From positions 9,114,001-9,178,000 of the forward strand of contig CM069154.1 in the NCBI GenBank assembly GCA_035221665.1: a stretch of 64,000 nt of DNA, read 5' to 3'. Of this stretch, positions 11,416 to 25,176 are shown piece by piece. The translations under genes and the position numbers were made by a program. Below the pieces are notes generated by a model. It worked only from the letters and a program-made list of their open reading frames with translations. It ran no database searches and was not told the DNA's origin. This stretch comes from Okamejei kenojei (taxonomy: Eukaryota). Within the stretch, counting starts at the first letter, position 1, and each line of letters opens with the position of its first letter.

Positions 11416-14199
11416 GTATCTGCCTTTTATAATATTTTTGTATTGGTTTGTGTATCAGAAAAATAGATACCTTCTTGAGTCGTTATAATTTGGACAGTTC
11501 CAGAAAGCCTTCTTATCTTTTTATACTATTGGTCCATCACTGGTTTTGTGGCACCCTTTGTTCCAGTTACTGTCGGATTATCCATTTTGTTGAGCCAACG
11601 GAGGTCAGATAATAGTGATACAACAATATACCTCTGACCCACTAATTATACCCCTACCGTGTCTCAGAAGCACCATGGACTGCGTGAAACTTAAAACAAA
11701 TATTAAATGTGCTTAACCTCGACACCATGATTGTCGCTTGGACTTTGCTTAGAACCCATAGCCAGGTTTAAATGTAAGCACAATGAGCTAAGGATAGCAC
11801 AAAACCAAGGGTTCACAACCAACAACTGCAGATGTTAACAGTTTATTCTTTTGGAACGGAGGGACATGTCCCGAAAGAGCGCACACCACACGCAGTGCCA
11901 TCAGGGAAGTTTGAGTGACCTCTCGTGATTTCGTCCAGATTAATGGAGATTAGAACCATCAGTTTACAAGGTCATAAGTGATAGCAGAATTAGGCCATTC
12001 GGCCCATTAAACCTACTCCACCATTCAATCATGGCTGACCGATCTCTCCCTCCTAACCCCATTTTCCTGCTTTCTCCCCATAACCCCTGACACCTGTGGT
12101 GGACCTGTACTCACATCAGCAAGCATTATACTGACACAAGAAATTATGTTTCTGTTCCAAAATGAAGCAGGATACAGTACCTATATCAGTATGCTCATTC
12201 TCTTTCCTTTCACTACTGATCATCATTGTTAGACATGAAATGATATACCCTGTGATACGTTCTTCAATTTAACGTCAGTAGACTTGCTCCAAGTTTACTT
12301 TGGATGATAACTGTGCCTGATTATAATTTGATGACCCTGTGATCTCTCTGGTATGATCATGTGATGGATTGTGTTTTGAAAAACCCCTTTTACTGCATAA
12401 TCAATTTAACGCCCTTGTTTATCAGGTGTACCGGGCTACTTAGGGTGCTTCTCTGATGGGCTGAGAGTGTAAGAGTGGAGAAGGTTTACCCAAGGCTTCC
12501 CCCTCATGATTATGATCCAGTGGCTTCTGCTGCATCACATGGATAGGAATTAGGTGCAGGAGTAGGCCATTCAAGCCTGCAGATGATCATGGCTGCAAGG
12601 TGCTTAATCATCCAGCTTCAAGACAGTCCTGACACATCCCAGGACTCCCTCTATGGCAAAATGTCCTTCCTCAGATTTGGAGACCAAAACTCGCAATAAC
12701 TCCAGGTGTGGTCTCACCAAGACCCTGGCTGACCTGTGAATTGAGATCCTTGTGAAGTGTGAGGGAAAAATGGACAAAATCCTAGGAGATTTTGCAATTT
12801 ATAACGTTCATATACGTTCATATACAATTGTTAACATTGTACCATGTGGTGGCAGTATTGTTCTCACCTTGGCTGCTGCTCTGATGTTTCTGGTTGGACT
12901 GATGTGGAAGAAAATTTAACCAAAGATCGATGAAAGCATAAGATTCTAACCTTTCCTCAGCCATATCACATGAGCTCACATACCTAGTTTCTCCGTGCTG
13001 TCAGTTATTTTGGGCTGAAGGCCTGTTTCTGTTCAATGAATTTTGAAAAGGTAGAGTTTACAAAATCATCGGTTTAGATTGGGATTTTTTTTTTTCTCCA
13101 TTAGTAGATGGTTCGAGAACAGTGGTGACTTTGAAATGATTAGAATAAGGCATGAAATGTAAGGGAAGTGCTTGTTAGTGGCAACTTGCTGCCTTTCAGG
13201 ATGGTGGGATCAGTGTCAGCTGGACTTGCAGACAAAGTGCTGGAGCAACTCAGCAAGTCAGGCAGCAATGTTCTGGGTTCCAACCTGAAATGTCATCTCT
13301 CCATTCCCTCCGCAGATGTTGCTTGGCCTGCTAAGTTCCTCCTGCAATTAATTATTTGCTCATGATTCCAGCATTTGTCTCCATATGGAAGGGTAACCTG
13401 TGTTTGGTGAAGAGGGGAGATTGTCGAGAGTCACTGTGCAGGAAGGGGAACTGGGTGATTAAGTGGCCAGTATTGTTACAGAATAGACACAGGAACCCAA
13501 TTGGTCAGGCTGCCTCTCTGGAGAATATGGCTGGGTGATATTTCAGGTCTGAAGAACAGTCGTGTCCATCGCCCATCCAAGTTCTCCAGAGATGCTGCCT
13601 GACCCACTGAGTTACTCCAGCACTTTGTGTTGTTGTACCTTGAAATGGCTGACGGTGGCGCTGCACACCATGGGATAAAGTAGCACCGTCATGCCAACAT
13701 GATTGGTTTTTTAGCTGTTTTAGTGTGCATGCATATCAACTGAGTACACAATACTTCACCGAGTGCTCCATCATTTAACAGATATTTTATTTGGACCTGT
13801 GCCTGGTAAATGAAACTCAAATTAAATTTTTTTCTCCCACCAATTCACATCCATTCTTTATTTCTAAATCTGCCACTGCCTCCGCCCAGCTTAATTTCCC
13901 TTGCATCTCAGTCACTTTCATTTCATCACTCCTGCTCTTCACGTTTTCTTTTCTTTTCTTTTTTTTCTTTTTGACGTTCCATGGGTAAGATTTCAAGTTT
14001 CAGGAGATTCTAATTGGTCCGGAAAGACACATTTTGATTATGTTACAATATTTTGATTTCCCTTGCATATCTTCCACAAGACTTATCAATCCAACCATTC
14101 TGTACCACAGCTTGGGTCTGATAAGTAGCTAAGGCCAGATGAAATTTATCCAAGAAAGCTGTGAGAAGCAAGGGAAGAGAAGGTTGGGACCCCCCTCAT

Positions 14200-15410
14200 A
14201 GATCCCTGCTATAGGTGCGGATCCAGAAGATTGGAGGAGAGCTAATATTGCTCCTTAAGGACTGTAGCAGGGATAAGCCAGATAACTGCAAGCTGGGGTG
14301 AGCCTTGTGTCAATGGTAGGGAAGTTATTGGAGAAAATGCTCAGGGATAAGATTAATTGACATAGGTAGGGTGTGTGGGTGTGGGTGTGGGTGGGGGTGT
14401 GGGTATGTCCTTCCTTTTTAGAGGTAACTAAGAATGTTGATAAACAGTGTACACCTGTCTGTCCTTCACCATGGCATTTGCCAAATTCATGTTAGGTAGA
14501 GAAAATTAGGCACATGTCATCCAAGGCAAGCTGCATAAATGATTCCACAATTGCCTTGGTTATGAGAGGCAATGGATAGTGATGGAAGGATGCTTTTCGG
14601 AGTGAAAGTTTGTGACCAGTGGTGTACCAAAGGGAAAGGTGTGATCAGCAAGGAATATTCTCCAAGGTTTCAGTCAAGGATACAAATCAGATGGAAAGCT
14701 GAGGTAAAGCACTTTGGGAAGTCAAGCTCCTCTTGAGCATGTGGAGGAAATGGCAGGAACTACAGTGTGGAAACAGGCCTTTCGGCTCAACTTGCCCACA
14801 CCGTCCAACATGTCCCATCTATACTAGTCCTACCTGCCTGCCTTTGGCCCATATCCCTCCAACCCAGTCCTATCATGGAATTGTTTAAATATTTTGAATT
14901 AAATATTTCAAAAACATTGACATTGTAACTGCTTCAACTACCTCCTCTGGCAGCTCATTCCATACACCCATCACCCTTGTGTGAAAAAGTTACACCTCAA
15001 ATTCCTATGAAATCTTTCCCCCCCTCACCTTAAACCTATGTCTTCTTGATTTCCTCTATTCTGGGCAAGAGTCTCTGTGCATCTACCCGATCTATTCCTC
15101 TCAATTTTTGGAGCATTGTCGTACCACGGGGTGTAAGAATGTAGCTTTTTGAAAATGATCACGCTCGGATGATGAAAATTGCATTTGATGTGTTTGCCTT
15201 CATCGACTGACGCATAGAATATAGAAGTTGGGACATGTTGCACCTGTACAAAACATTGGTTCAAATGCACATGGAGTCTTGCATACAATTCTGGTTGCCA
15301 GATTACAGGAAGAATATGGCAATATAAAGAGTGCAAAAGAGATTAACCAGGTTGTAGCCTGGAATAGAGGGCAGTAACTGTAAGGAGAGATTGGATAGAC
15401 TGGGTTTATT
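14200..15410. mobile_element. Cluster of degenerate CR1 fragments in both orientations
   Basis: RT remnants (gtgaccagtggtgtacca; cttgcatacaattctggttgcc) and a minus-strand CR1 3' end at about 14760-15100. Confidence 0.65.
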
Positions 15411-15414
15411 CTCA

Positions 15415-16490
15415 CAAGTCAAGTCAAGTTTATTCGCCACATACACATACGGGATGTGCAGTGAAATGAAAAGTGGCCGTGCCTGCGGACTTTGTGCAAA
15501 AAACAAACAAACAAACAACCAACAAACAACGAACAGAATGGAACAGAATCACATGTTCTTTTACATATTAAATATTGTGGGCAGTATTGTGGTACAGTAA
15601 AGTTAGTCCTGGTGAGATAGGAGTTTACAGTCCTAATGGCCTCTGGGAAGAAACTCCTTCTCATCCTCTCCGTTCTCACAGCATGGCAACGGAGGCGTTT
15701 GCCTGACCGTAGCAGCTGGAACAGTCCATTGCAGGGGTGGAAGGGTTCTCCCATGATCTTATTGGCTCTGGAGTTGCACATCCAGATGTACAGTTCCTGC
15801 AGAGGGGCGAGTGTAGTTCCCGTAGCGCGTTCAGCCGGACGCACTACTCTCTGCAGAGCCTTCTTGTCCTGGGCAGAGCAGTTCCCAAACCAGATTGTGA
15901 TATTTCCGGACAAGATGCTTTCCACCGCCGCTGAGTAGAAGCACTGGAGGATCCTCAGAGACACGCTGAATTTCCTCAATTGCCTGAGGTGGTAAAGGCG
16001 CTGCCTTGCCTTACTCACGAGTGCTGCAGCATGTGATGTCCATGTCATATCCTCAGAGATGCGGACTCCCAGGTATTTAAAACAGCTCACCCTATCCACA
16101 GTATCCCCATTTATCCTCAGTGGTGTGTACGTCCTCGGATGATGTGCCCTCCTAAAGTCCACAATTAGCTTCTTCGTTTTTTTGATGTTCAAGAGGAGGC
16201 TGTTGTCCTGACACCAGAGTGCCAGATCAGCCACATCCTCCCGGTAGGCCTTCTTATCGTTGTCTGAGATCAGGCCCACCACCACGGTCATCAGCAAACT
16301 TGATAATCGAGTTGGAGCTGAACCTAGCCACACAGTCATGTGTGTGCAGGGAGTACAATAGGGGGCTGAGGACACAACCCTGGGGGGATCCTGTGCTCAG
16401 GGTGAAGGACTTTGATGTATTCCCTCCCATCTTGACTACCTGGGGCCTGGCGGTGAGAAAGTCCAGGGCCCAGGCACGCAGGGGTGTCTG
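15415..16490 (-). mobile_element. Rex1/Babar-clade LINE fragment inserted in a CR1 remnant
   Basis: ORF 15419-16375 with KYLGVRISEDMTW and KARQRLYHLRQLRKF; (gactt)n tail. Confidence 0.9.
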
Positions 16491-16628
16491 TCACCACTGG
16501 AACATAGCTGGTTGAGGGATGACCTGATAGAGGTTTATAATATTATGAGGGCGCATAGATTGGATAGTTTTCTTTACCCCGCCTGGTGCAAGAAGTCGAA
16601 AACCAGAAGATATGGGTTTAAAGTGAGA

Positions 16629-16907
16629 GTTTAGTTTAGTGATACAATGCAGAAACGGGCCCTTCGGCCCACCAGCGATCCCCGCATATTAACACTATCC
16701 TACACACACAAGGGATAATTGTTACATTTACCAAGCCATTTTAGCTGTACATCTTTGAAGTGTGAGAGGAAACTGAAGATCTCGGAGAAAACCCATGCGG
16801 TCACGGGGAGAACGTACAAATTCTGTACAGATAGCAACCGTAGTCGGGATCAAACCCTGGTCTCCGGCGCTGTAAGGCAGCAACTCTCCCACTGCACCAC
16901 CGTGCTC
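16629..16907 (-). mobile_element. HE1-type V-SINE inside a CR1 remnant
   Basis: Reverse-complement match to the family seen at 43021. Confidence 0.85.
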
Positions 16908-17539
16908 CGAGAGGGGAGAGATTTAAATGAGTTGTTGAAGGCCAACTTTTTCACATGGAGGATGATAGTTATCTGGAACAAGTTGCCAAAGAACACGATG
17001 GAGGCAAGTATAGTTACAATATTTTAAAACTATTTAGACAGCTCGATGTTAGAAAAGAGCATGAGGGATAAGGACCTGAAGCGAAATGGGCACTCAATAT
17101 TTTTGGTCCAAACTCTTCATTTATTGTATAAGGGTGTAAAAAGATGGGGGGGAGGATTGGGGAAAGAACGAGCCTGCGTAACGGTCAGGTCAGGAAGAGG
17201 AGGGGGGAGATGGTGACAGACTGGTAGGTGATGTGGAGAAGAAAAGGCTGTCCATTCTGGAATCTGATAGGAAAGGAAGATAACAGAGGGGTGGTTGCAG
17301 ATGGGAACCACAAAGAGGGGAGAGATGTGCAGTCGGGGGGGAAGGGGGCTCAATGGGCATAGTGAGTGTGGGGCAGCCCATGTTGCTCTGTTTCTTTCTC
17401 ATCTCCATTCAGCATGCATAAAATATTCCACCTTTTTTCCACCAAAGTGGACAACCCCATTTCTGTCATGCATTGGCCATTCCCCGGACCCATCCATGAT
17501 AACTGGCGCACGGTCACTGACTTACCCCTTTCTGAAGTT

Positions 17540-17995
17540 CAGGCCTTAGTTCCTTGTTCTTGTTGACATTAATCGAGAGGTCATGTTGCGGAACCACTCA
17601 ACCAAGAGATCCGTCTCTCTTGTACGCTGACTCATCGCCAGCTGCAATTCAGCCAACCACTGTGGTGTCATCGGCAAATTTATAGATGGGTGTCGGAGCT
17701 ATCCTTAGTTGTACGTGATGTGGGTGTAAAGAGTCGAGCAGGGGGCTAAAGACGTAACCTTGAGGTGCCTCTGTCTTGATGGTCTTTGAGGAAGATTCTC
17801 ACTGAGGTCTGCTGATGAGAAAAAAAAAATCCAGTTTCAAAGGGAGGTACAGAGGCTCTTGGAGTGATAAGTTTTACGAGAAAGATAATGTTGAATGCTG
17901 ATTTGTAGTCGGTGAACAGTTGCTTGACATAGGTTCCATTTATCCAGATGGTGCCGAGCAGAGTGTAGAGCCAGTGAGATAGCATCTGCTGTTGA
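17540..17995 (-). mobile_element. Degenerate Rex1-like RT fragment
   Basis: Minus strand reads [10 protein letters not shown] and [10 protein letters not shown] with frameshifts. Confidence 0.7.
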
Positions 17996-20209
17996 CCATT
18001 TCATTATTCCCCAAATTTCATTCATCCTTTCTCCATCTATTGAAGGCCCCCCATTAACCTTTGCTGATCTTTGTCTTTTGACATGTTCATAGAAGGTACT
18101 TCTATCAATTTTTAATGTATATTTCCATGTCCTTATCAATTTTTTCATCCTACCAGACTAAAATATTTCGCAGAGATCAGGTTTATTGCAGATTTTGGCA
18201 ATTTCATAGGCCTTTTTCGCTGATCTAATACTACCTTGGCATCTCATTAGCTATGCATTTCCTGATGTTTTTTATGCCTGAAAGAGAGATATAATTGTTG
18301 TAAACTCTGTATTTATTCTTTAAATGCCAGTCATCGCTTGTTTACTGTCATGCCTCTTAATGTCCTTTCTAATTTTGCTTTAGCCAACCCTTATCTTGTA
18401 CTACCTTAAGCTGCTTAGTTTAGTTTTCAGAGCAAGGTTTCAGATTAATGTAAATCACTAAGATTTTAGGGAAAAAAAAGATTTTCTGATCATTCTTCCC
18501 TTGAGACCCATCAATCGCCAGATTATCGATTAACCATTTCTCAATGCAGAACACATGCTTTCTCTTGTCCCACTGTTGCCTCACTGATTCCTCACCATAT
18601 TGATCCAGTGAACATTTCTTATACATTTCATGAATTCATGTCACACCCTGTTACTACTAATTTGACCCCCACACAAAGATTGGTGGTGTATTCTCATGTT
18701 TGCAGGCTCTGCCCCATTATCGATTTATCCTTTCTCTTTTGTCTCATTCTGCCCTTCTCACTACTTAACTTCTCTGCAACACTCCTCCCACATTCCCCCC
18801 CCCCCCCCCCCCTCCCCCCCCAATGGTTTAATGGAAACTCTTATTTGAAACCCAGGTTACTTTTTTGGATACCAATCCTAGGCTGATTCAAATGAAGCCT
18901 TTTTAATCATTCAGCTTCCTCTTTCCCCAGTATTGGTTCATGAAATGAAACCTATTTTTTTCACTTTTTTTTGCACCGCATCTTTACGTACACAGTCCAC
19001 GCAGACAGCACCTCGTCGTCTTTGACGTTGTAAGGCAGCAACTACTGCTGCGCCGCCCCATGACCAGTTCCAATTTAGTCATGAGGTCAGACAGCGTGGT
19101 AACAGGCCCTTCGGCCCAATGTGTCAATGCTGACCAAGGTGCCCATCTACACTAGTCCCACCTGCTGCTTTTGGCCCATATCCCACTAAACTTTGTTTAA
19201 ATTTGTTAAATGAATGCAGAGCAAGTTCATTGCTTACAATTAAAAGACAGATTAGAAGATTGGGTAAATATAGCAGTAACATTGGATAAACAAACTAAAT
19301 ATTTAAAATGAAATCATCTCTTCAAGTCCATGCTCAAAGGCATTGCATGCTTGTTGTATGTTATTAATCTTGGCTCTGAAATGAATAAGTAATTTGCTGT
19401 TCTTTCTATTTGTGATTGTATTTAATAATTTACTTTCTAGTTTCATCTACTTCAATAGCAGAATAATATGTGGTCCCATGCAGTGTTATTCTAAACAAAT
19501 ACAAGATATTAAGTGGACATGCTTCTGGTTAGCAATCCTGAACAAAACATGCCATAACTTTTACTTTCGTCCAGAAATTTCTGTGCTGGACCTTAACATG
19601 TCTGTCCAAATCTTATTACCTTTTATACCATTGTAGATTAACTCAGATTTGCCTTTTTTCATGCTTGGGTTCAATGATTTCTAGCATTTTTCTATCCCCT
19701 TGACGCTGTAGATCGTATTTGTTCTCAGAGTGAACTGTAAGTGGCATGTAATGAGAAGACTGCATCTCCTGCTGTAAAATCATGGACATGCATTGCTGAG
19801 GAGTGAATTGAGCTTGTAATTTGTTCCTGTCTGTTTTATGACTACAAGAACTAAACACCTCAATTCATCACGTACAGGCACCTCGTGTTTTACGCGTATT
19901 TGATCTGTGTTTCTGAAATAACAGACTTGTTCCTTCATTACCAAATCTTGACTTGCACGTTACTATTTTCGGAATAACACGATCAAATTTACTGCTGACA
20001 GCATCGTCGCGTCGATGTTTAAATGACGCCTTTTTGAATAACCCGCTGCTTTTCAACCACGTATCCCCCGCATAAAACGCGATGTGTCTCTACTGTCATT
20101 TTCCATCATGCACACCGTATAATTTCAACCATAACCTATCGAAGAACACTGTCGTTTACACATGCAAAAATAATTTGGTTGCTTTAATAATCTTGAACTT
20201 TATGTCCAG

Positions 20210-20345
20210 GTATGAGCGTTTGGAGGAGCAACTGAATGATTTGACCGAACTTCATCAAAATGAAATGTCTAACTTGAAACAGGAACTTGCCAGTATGGAA
20301 GAAAAAGTGGCTTACCAGTCAGATGAGAGAGCCAGAGATATCCAG
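20210..20345 (+). CDS. TMCC2: TMCC2 penultimate coding exon (136 bp)
   Basis: Acceptor tgtccag|g, reads (R)[45 protein letters not shown], donor cag|gtacat. Phases match both neighbours. Confidence 0.96.
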
Positions 20346-21135
20346 GTACATTCTCAAAGAAATGCTGTTTGTTTGCTTACTATTGGATACAGTTTCCATT
20401 CTTGGACATTTGAACAATTTTTCTAATGGATGAGGCTCTTACTCACAGGAATAGAATTCACATTGTTCATCAAATAATGCTGGACACAAACAACCATTTT
20501 TAAAGCAGGCATTTGCGTGGCAGTAATGGGAATACACAGCACCCGATCTTATGTATACAATAGGAACTGCGGATGCTGGTTTGTACCGAAGATAGACGCA
20601 AAGTGCTGGAGTAACTCAGCAGGTCTGGCAGCATCCATGGAGAGAGGATTGGTGACATTTTGGGCTGGAACCTTTCTTCAGACTGAAGAAGGGTTCCGAC
20701 CTGAAATGTCATCCATCCTTTTCCCCCAGAGATGCCGCCTGACCCACTGAGTTATTTCAACACTTTGTCTAACTCCCAGTCTCATTGTTTGCTCCCCTTT
20801 CTCCATGTATGTCGGTCATTTGAAGTAATTTTGATATTCTGAGTATATTACATTCAAAATCTGTGTAATTGTCTCTAGCAAAATTCATGGTTAATTGGAT
20901 TTTAACATTGAAGCTCATTGGCAGTTTTGGAAGAGTTGCGCTTAAAATGTGATTCTTTAATGTGGTCCAACTTGGAAAAAAAAAAGCAATCTTCATTAAT
21001 TTTGTTTTCTTTCAGAGTTGCATAAAGGCAAAATAAACAGGACCAGAAATAAGCTGCACAGCATTCAGTCTTGCTTTGTCATTTGCCAAAGACTGCTGAA
21101 TTTCTAGATCAGCTTTCTTCTCCAACTAATCCCTT

Positions 21136-21427
21136 AAGGGCCTGGCCCACTTACGCAATTTTTTTCGGCGGCTGCTGGCACCCGTGATAGGTTGTTACAG
21201 GTCGCTGAAAATTTCAACATGTTAAAAATCCAGCGGCGACCAGAACAAGGTATGACTCTTCACGACCATACAGGCTTCCCCCGCAACATATCACCAGGTT
21301 GTCGCATTTATGGTCGTGAGTAATCTTTCTGGTCGCTGCTGAATTTTCAACATGTTGAAAATTTTTGACGACCTATGACGGGCGCCGGCAGTCGCCGAAA
21401 AAGTGGCATAAGTGCGACAGGCGCTTT
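21136..21427. mobile_element. MITE with aagggcctg(t/g)cccactt-type TIRs
   Basis: aagggcctggcccactta ... taagtgcgacaggcgctt with internal inverted symmetry. Confidence 0.7.
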
Positions 21428-21811
21428 AGTCCTTATTGATTCAAGAAATCAGCTGATATTCGTGTTAAATATACTCAGCAAGTGAATTTCACTGTCCTTT
21501 GTGGAGAATTTAAAGATTCAAGACACTGAGTGAAGAAATTTGTCAGCCTTATCCTGTTGTGAAGGAGACCACTTTTCCCATTTCTACCATTTAAAGCCCT
21601 TTTCATGAATTATGTATGTTTTGGTAATACCACGTTTTTTTAAAATTCCAGAAGAAATAGGCCTACTCTACTCAATCGTGGAACCGCCGCCTTAATCCAG
21701 GAATCAAAATTGTAAATAAACTCACAATGCTGGAGTAAGACTGCGGATCAGACAGCAGCTCCGGAGAAAAGGAATAGGTGACGTTTCGGATCGAGACCCT
21801 TCTGCAGTCCA

Positions 21812-22607
21812 TAGAATAGAATGCCTTTTATTGTCATTCAAACAACTTGGTTTGAACAAAATTGCATTTTCTACAGTATTTTACATTACAAAAAAACCCA
21901 AGACCCACACTTAACACAGTTTACATAAACATCCATCACTGTGAGTCTCCAACACCTCCTCACTGTGATGGAAGGCAAAGTCTTATCTCTTCCCTTTGTT
22001 CTTCTTCCGCGGTCCAGCAGTCCAACTGCAGTGTCGAGGCAAACTGGGGCTCCGATGTGAAAGCCCCCGGCGGACGATGATAAGTCCTGTGGCCATTAAG
22101 CCACGGCGGGCGATGTTAGGCCCCGGCTCCGTGTCCATTAAGCCCCGCAATTCCAGCGGGAGAAGTTGCCGTTGCGGGAGCTCCGAAAAACGCTCCCACC
22201 AGGGACCTGGAGCTCCCGATGTTCCTGTCCACCGGGCCTGCAGCCGGAGCCTCCGAAGCTCCAGAGTCGGGTCACAGCCGAGCACCACCACAGCTTCCCC
22301 GCTCCGAAGACGGCCAGCTGCGCGATGTCAGGTCCGCAGGCTCCGCGACTGGAGCCCTCAGGTCGGTCCTGGCCGGAGGCCGCCGCCGGCTCCATGATGT
22401 TAGGCCCAACGACACCGGAGACCCGACAGGGAAAAAGTCGGGTCCCCGTACAGGGAATTAACGGTTTCCCCCACATCCCCACCCTCCACCCCCAACATAT
22501 ACACAGCTAAAAAAATAATAAAAACTAGGCACAAGACATACATTTAACAAGACAAAATTAAAAAAAAGACAGACGACAGTAGTCGAGCTGCTGCCGTTTG
22601 GCGCCAC
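21812..22607 (-). mobile_element. CpG-rich non-coding retroposon (family shared with 46455-47210)
   Basis: Shares the blocks ggcctaacatc.tggagc and cttccatcacagtgagg...ggatgtttatg; ends gacaataaa plus (attct)n; splits a Penelope-type palindrome. Confidence 0.6.
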
Positions 22608-22863
22608 CACACCCATACCAAAGAGGGGAATTGACCCGAAAAGTCATCTATTCCTTTTCTCCAGAGATGCTGTCTGTCCTGCTGAGTTACTCCAACATTT
22701 TGTGTCTATCCGGTTTAAACCAGCATCTGCAATTCCTTTCTACACCAATGTTGTAAACCTCTGCAGTATCAATAATAGGTCTGCACTCACGATGCATTAT
22801 GTATTTAGACATGGAATGAAGTGGCATAAACTATTGAAATCCAGCGCAGGAAACCTAATAGAG

Positions 22864-23100
22864 GTTTAGTTTAGAGATACGGTGTAGTAACAGGCACTTT
22901 GGCCCACCGAGTCCGTGCCGTCTAGTGATCATCCATACGAGTTCTAGGTGATTTCCAGAAGCTAATTAACCTACAAACCCGCCCGTCTTGGGAATGTGGG
23001 AGCACAGGGAGAAAACCCACGTGGTCACAAGGAGAATGTGCAAAGTCCATACTGAGCACCCAAGGCCGGGATGGAACCCAGTCACTTGGCACTCGTCGCC
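22864..23100 (-). mobile_element. HE1-type V-SINE
   Basis: Diverged reverse-complement copy. Confidence 0.75.
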
Positions 23101-24864
23101 CTTGTGTATAAGATCACGAGGGGATTAGATAGGAAAATGCAAAGAGTCTTTTACCCAGAGAAGGGGAATGAAAAACCTGAGGATAAAGGTTTATGTTGGG
23201 GGAGAGAAGATTTAATAGGAACCTACTGGGCAATATTTTTCACAAAGGGTGGTGAATATATGGAATGAGCTGCTACTGAAGGTAGTTGAGGCAGATACTA
23301 TCACAACATTTAAAAGACATTTAGGGGATTGTTGGTTGGCGCGGAATCGGTGGGCCAAAGGGCTTGTTTTGCGCTAAACTATCATTTTTTAACAATTTGG
23401 AAAAACTCATCCCAGAGCTCCTTATGGTTGCGGGGCATTTGAGTGACTTTTGATAAATTGGAGGTGTTGAGATGTGTGGAACCAAAATAAGCAATGGGAC
23501 ATGAGATATGATCAATCTGGTTGGAGGACCTACTTTTGAACCACTGTTTTCACAAAACATGAAGGACATTCTGCTGTTTTACTGTGGAAGAGGAATTTCA
23601 TCTCTGTAAATTCCCACATTGTACATTCTTGGCCAAGAGGACAGAGTGCAAGTAGAATTGCTTATCATTTGTGTTGAGCGTTGTGTATCTACATGAAACG
23701 TGGTATTGGCAGGGGGTGGTGAGCAAGAATCGGGGTATGATGTGTTGAGCAATTGCATATGATGATTTGTCAAAAATAGGAGCTGGAGAATGCCTGTGGT
23801 GTGAATGTGTGTGGGCGTGTGGGAGGTTCAGGATGTTCCTATCAGTCTTTGCTGAAACAGGCTTTGATGTGGTGTATCCAAGATAATCGTGCACGACAAA
23901 ATGCATTGTTCAGACAAGGATGTTCCTGATAAGTGTGACAGTGTTTGAATAGACACATTCCTGAACTGTCTGAACCACTTCTGACTCATTCTAGGCTACT
24001 CTGCATTGTTGACCTCACAGCACTATAGCCACAATTCCAGTTGCTCAACACTGTTTAACCTTTCAAAAGTCTGAAGATAGTTTGAATTTTCCATAACCCC
24101 AGATGTTTAACAGCTGCAAAAGTAATTTTCCATTTTTTAAAATCCATCCTTAAATATACCTTTTTCATCTTTGTTTCCTTTTCCACCGGATTTGCAGTTG
24201 ATTTATTCTGCAAAATGTATATCGCATGTTCGTCTTTATGAAAGATCAATGTCGTATTATTTTAATTTGAAATTGGAAAGTGGAACCAAGCATTGGTCTG
24301 AATCTGAGGAACGTCCCATTTTCATAAAGTAAAACGTTGGTATAAAGTATAAAGTGAACTCTGAAGAAGGATGTCGACCTGAAACCTTACCCATCCTTTA
24401 TCTCCAGAAATGCTGCGTGACCTCCTGAGTTACTCCAGCACTTTGTATCTATCCATAAAGTAAAATCTTGGATTACTCAGTTTAAAAAAAAACAACTTTT
24501 TTTTGCTTTGTATCCTGTATCGTATCTTCTTTCACTGGGCTTGAGAGGATACTATTGAATGTATTGGGTTTTCTGCCTTCTTATCTAACCATGTTAAATT
24601 TTCATTTTACATTCATTCAAATACGATTGCATGATTATGTTTATATTGGTGGGACTAGTGTAAATGGGACATGCTGGTCGGTGTGGGCAAGTTGGGCTGA
24701 TGGGCCTGTTTTCCTGCTGTTTGACTTTATGACCAAGATATTTTCCACAGCGACCAACCTTTAATGGGATGGTCAGTTCAATGTCTGATCAGAATATACG
24801 TATGTATCTTTGTACTGTTTTGAGAGCTCTCTTCACTGTGTTCTCTCCTGTTTGTGTCCAACAG

Positions 24865-25176
24865 GAGGCTCTGGAGTCGTGTCTTACCCGGATTACCAAG
24901 TTGGAACTTCAGCAGCAGCAACAGCAAGTGGTGCAGCTGGAGGGAGTGGAGAATGCTAATGCAAGGGCACTCCTGGGCAAATTCATCAACGTCATCTTGG
25001 CACTCATGGCTGTCATTCTGGTCTTCGTCTCCACCATTGCTAACTTTATTACTCCTCTAATGAAGACACGTTTCCGGGTGCTGAGCACACTGCTATTGGT
25101 GCTGTTCCTTGTTTCTCTGTGGAAGCAATGGGAAAATATTGTATACTTCTCAGAACAGATCTGGTTGCCCAGTTGA
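24865..25176 (+). CDS. TMCC2: TMCC2 last coding exon with two C-terminal transmembrane helices
   Basis: Acceptor tgtccaacag|, reads [89 protein letters not shown]...LPS, stop TGA at 25174-25176. Confidence 0.96.
   Translation, partial: EALESCLTRITKLELQQQQQQVVQLEGVENANARALLGKFINVILALMAVILVFVSTIANFITPLMKTRFRVLSTLLLVLFLVSLWKQWENIVYFSEQIWLPS

Noticed and set aside
11416-11425. Possible U12-type donor (gtatct)
   Set aside because: It does not match GTATCCTT and I see no U12 branch site near 20209.
11416-11488. ORF-track extensions of TMCC2 exons (also 6006-6040, 20346-20426 and 24769-24864)
   Set aside because: These are intronic read-through beyond clear splice sites.
11770-11950. Possible further ribozyme-bearing insertion
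   Set aside because: I could not build an HDV or hammerhead core on either strand and found no convincing TSD.
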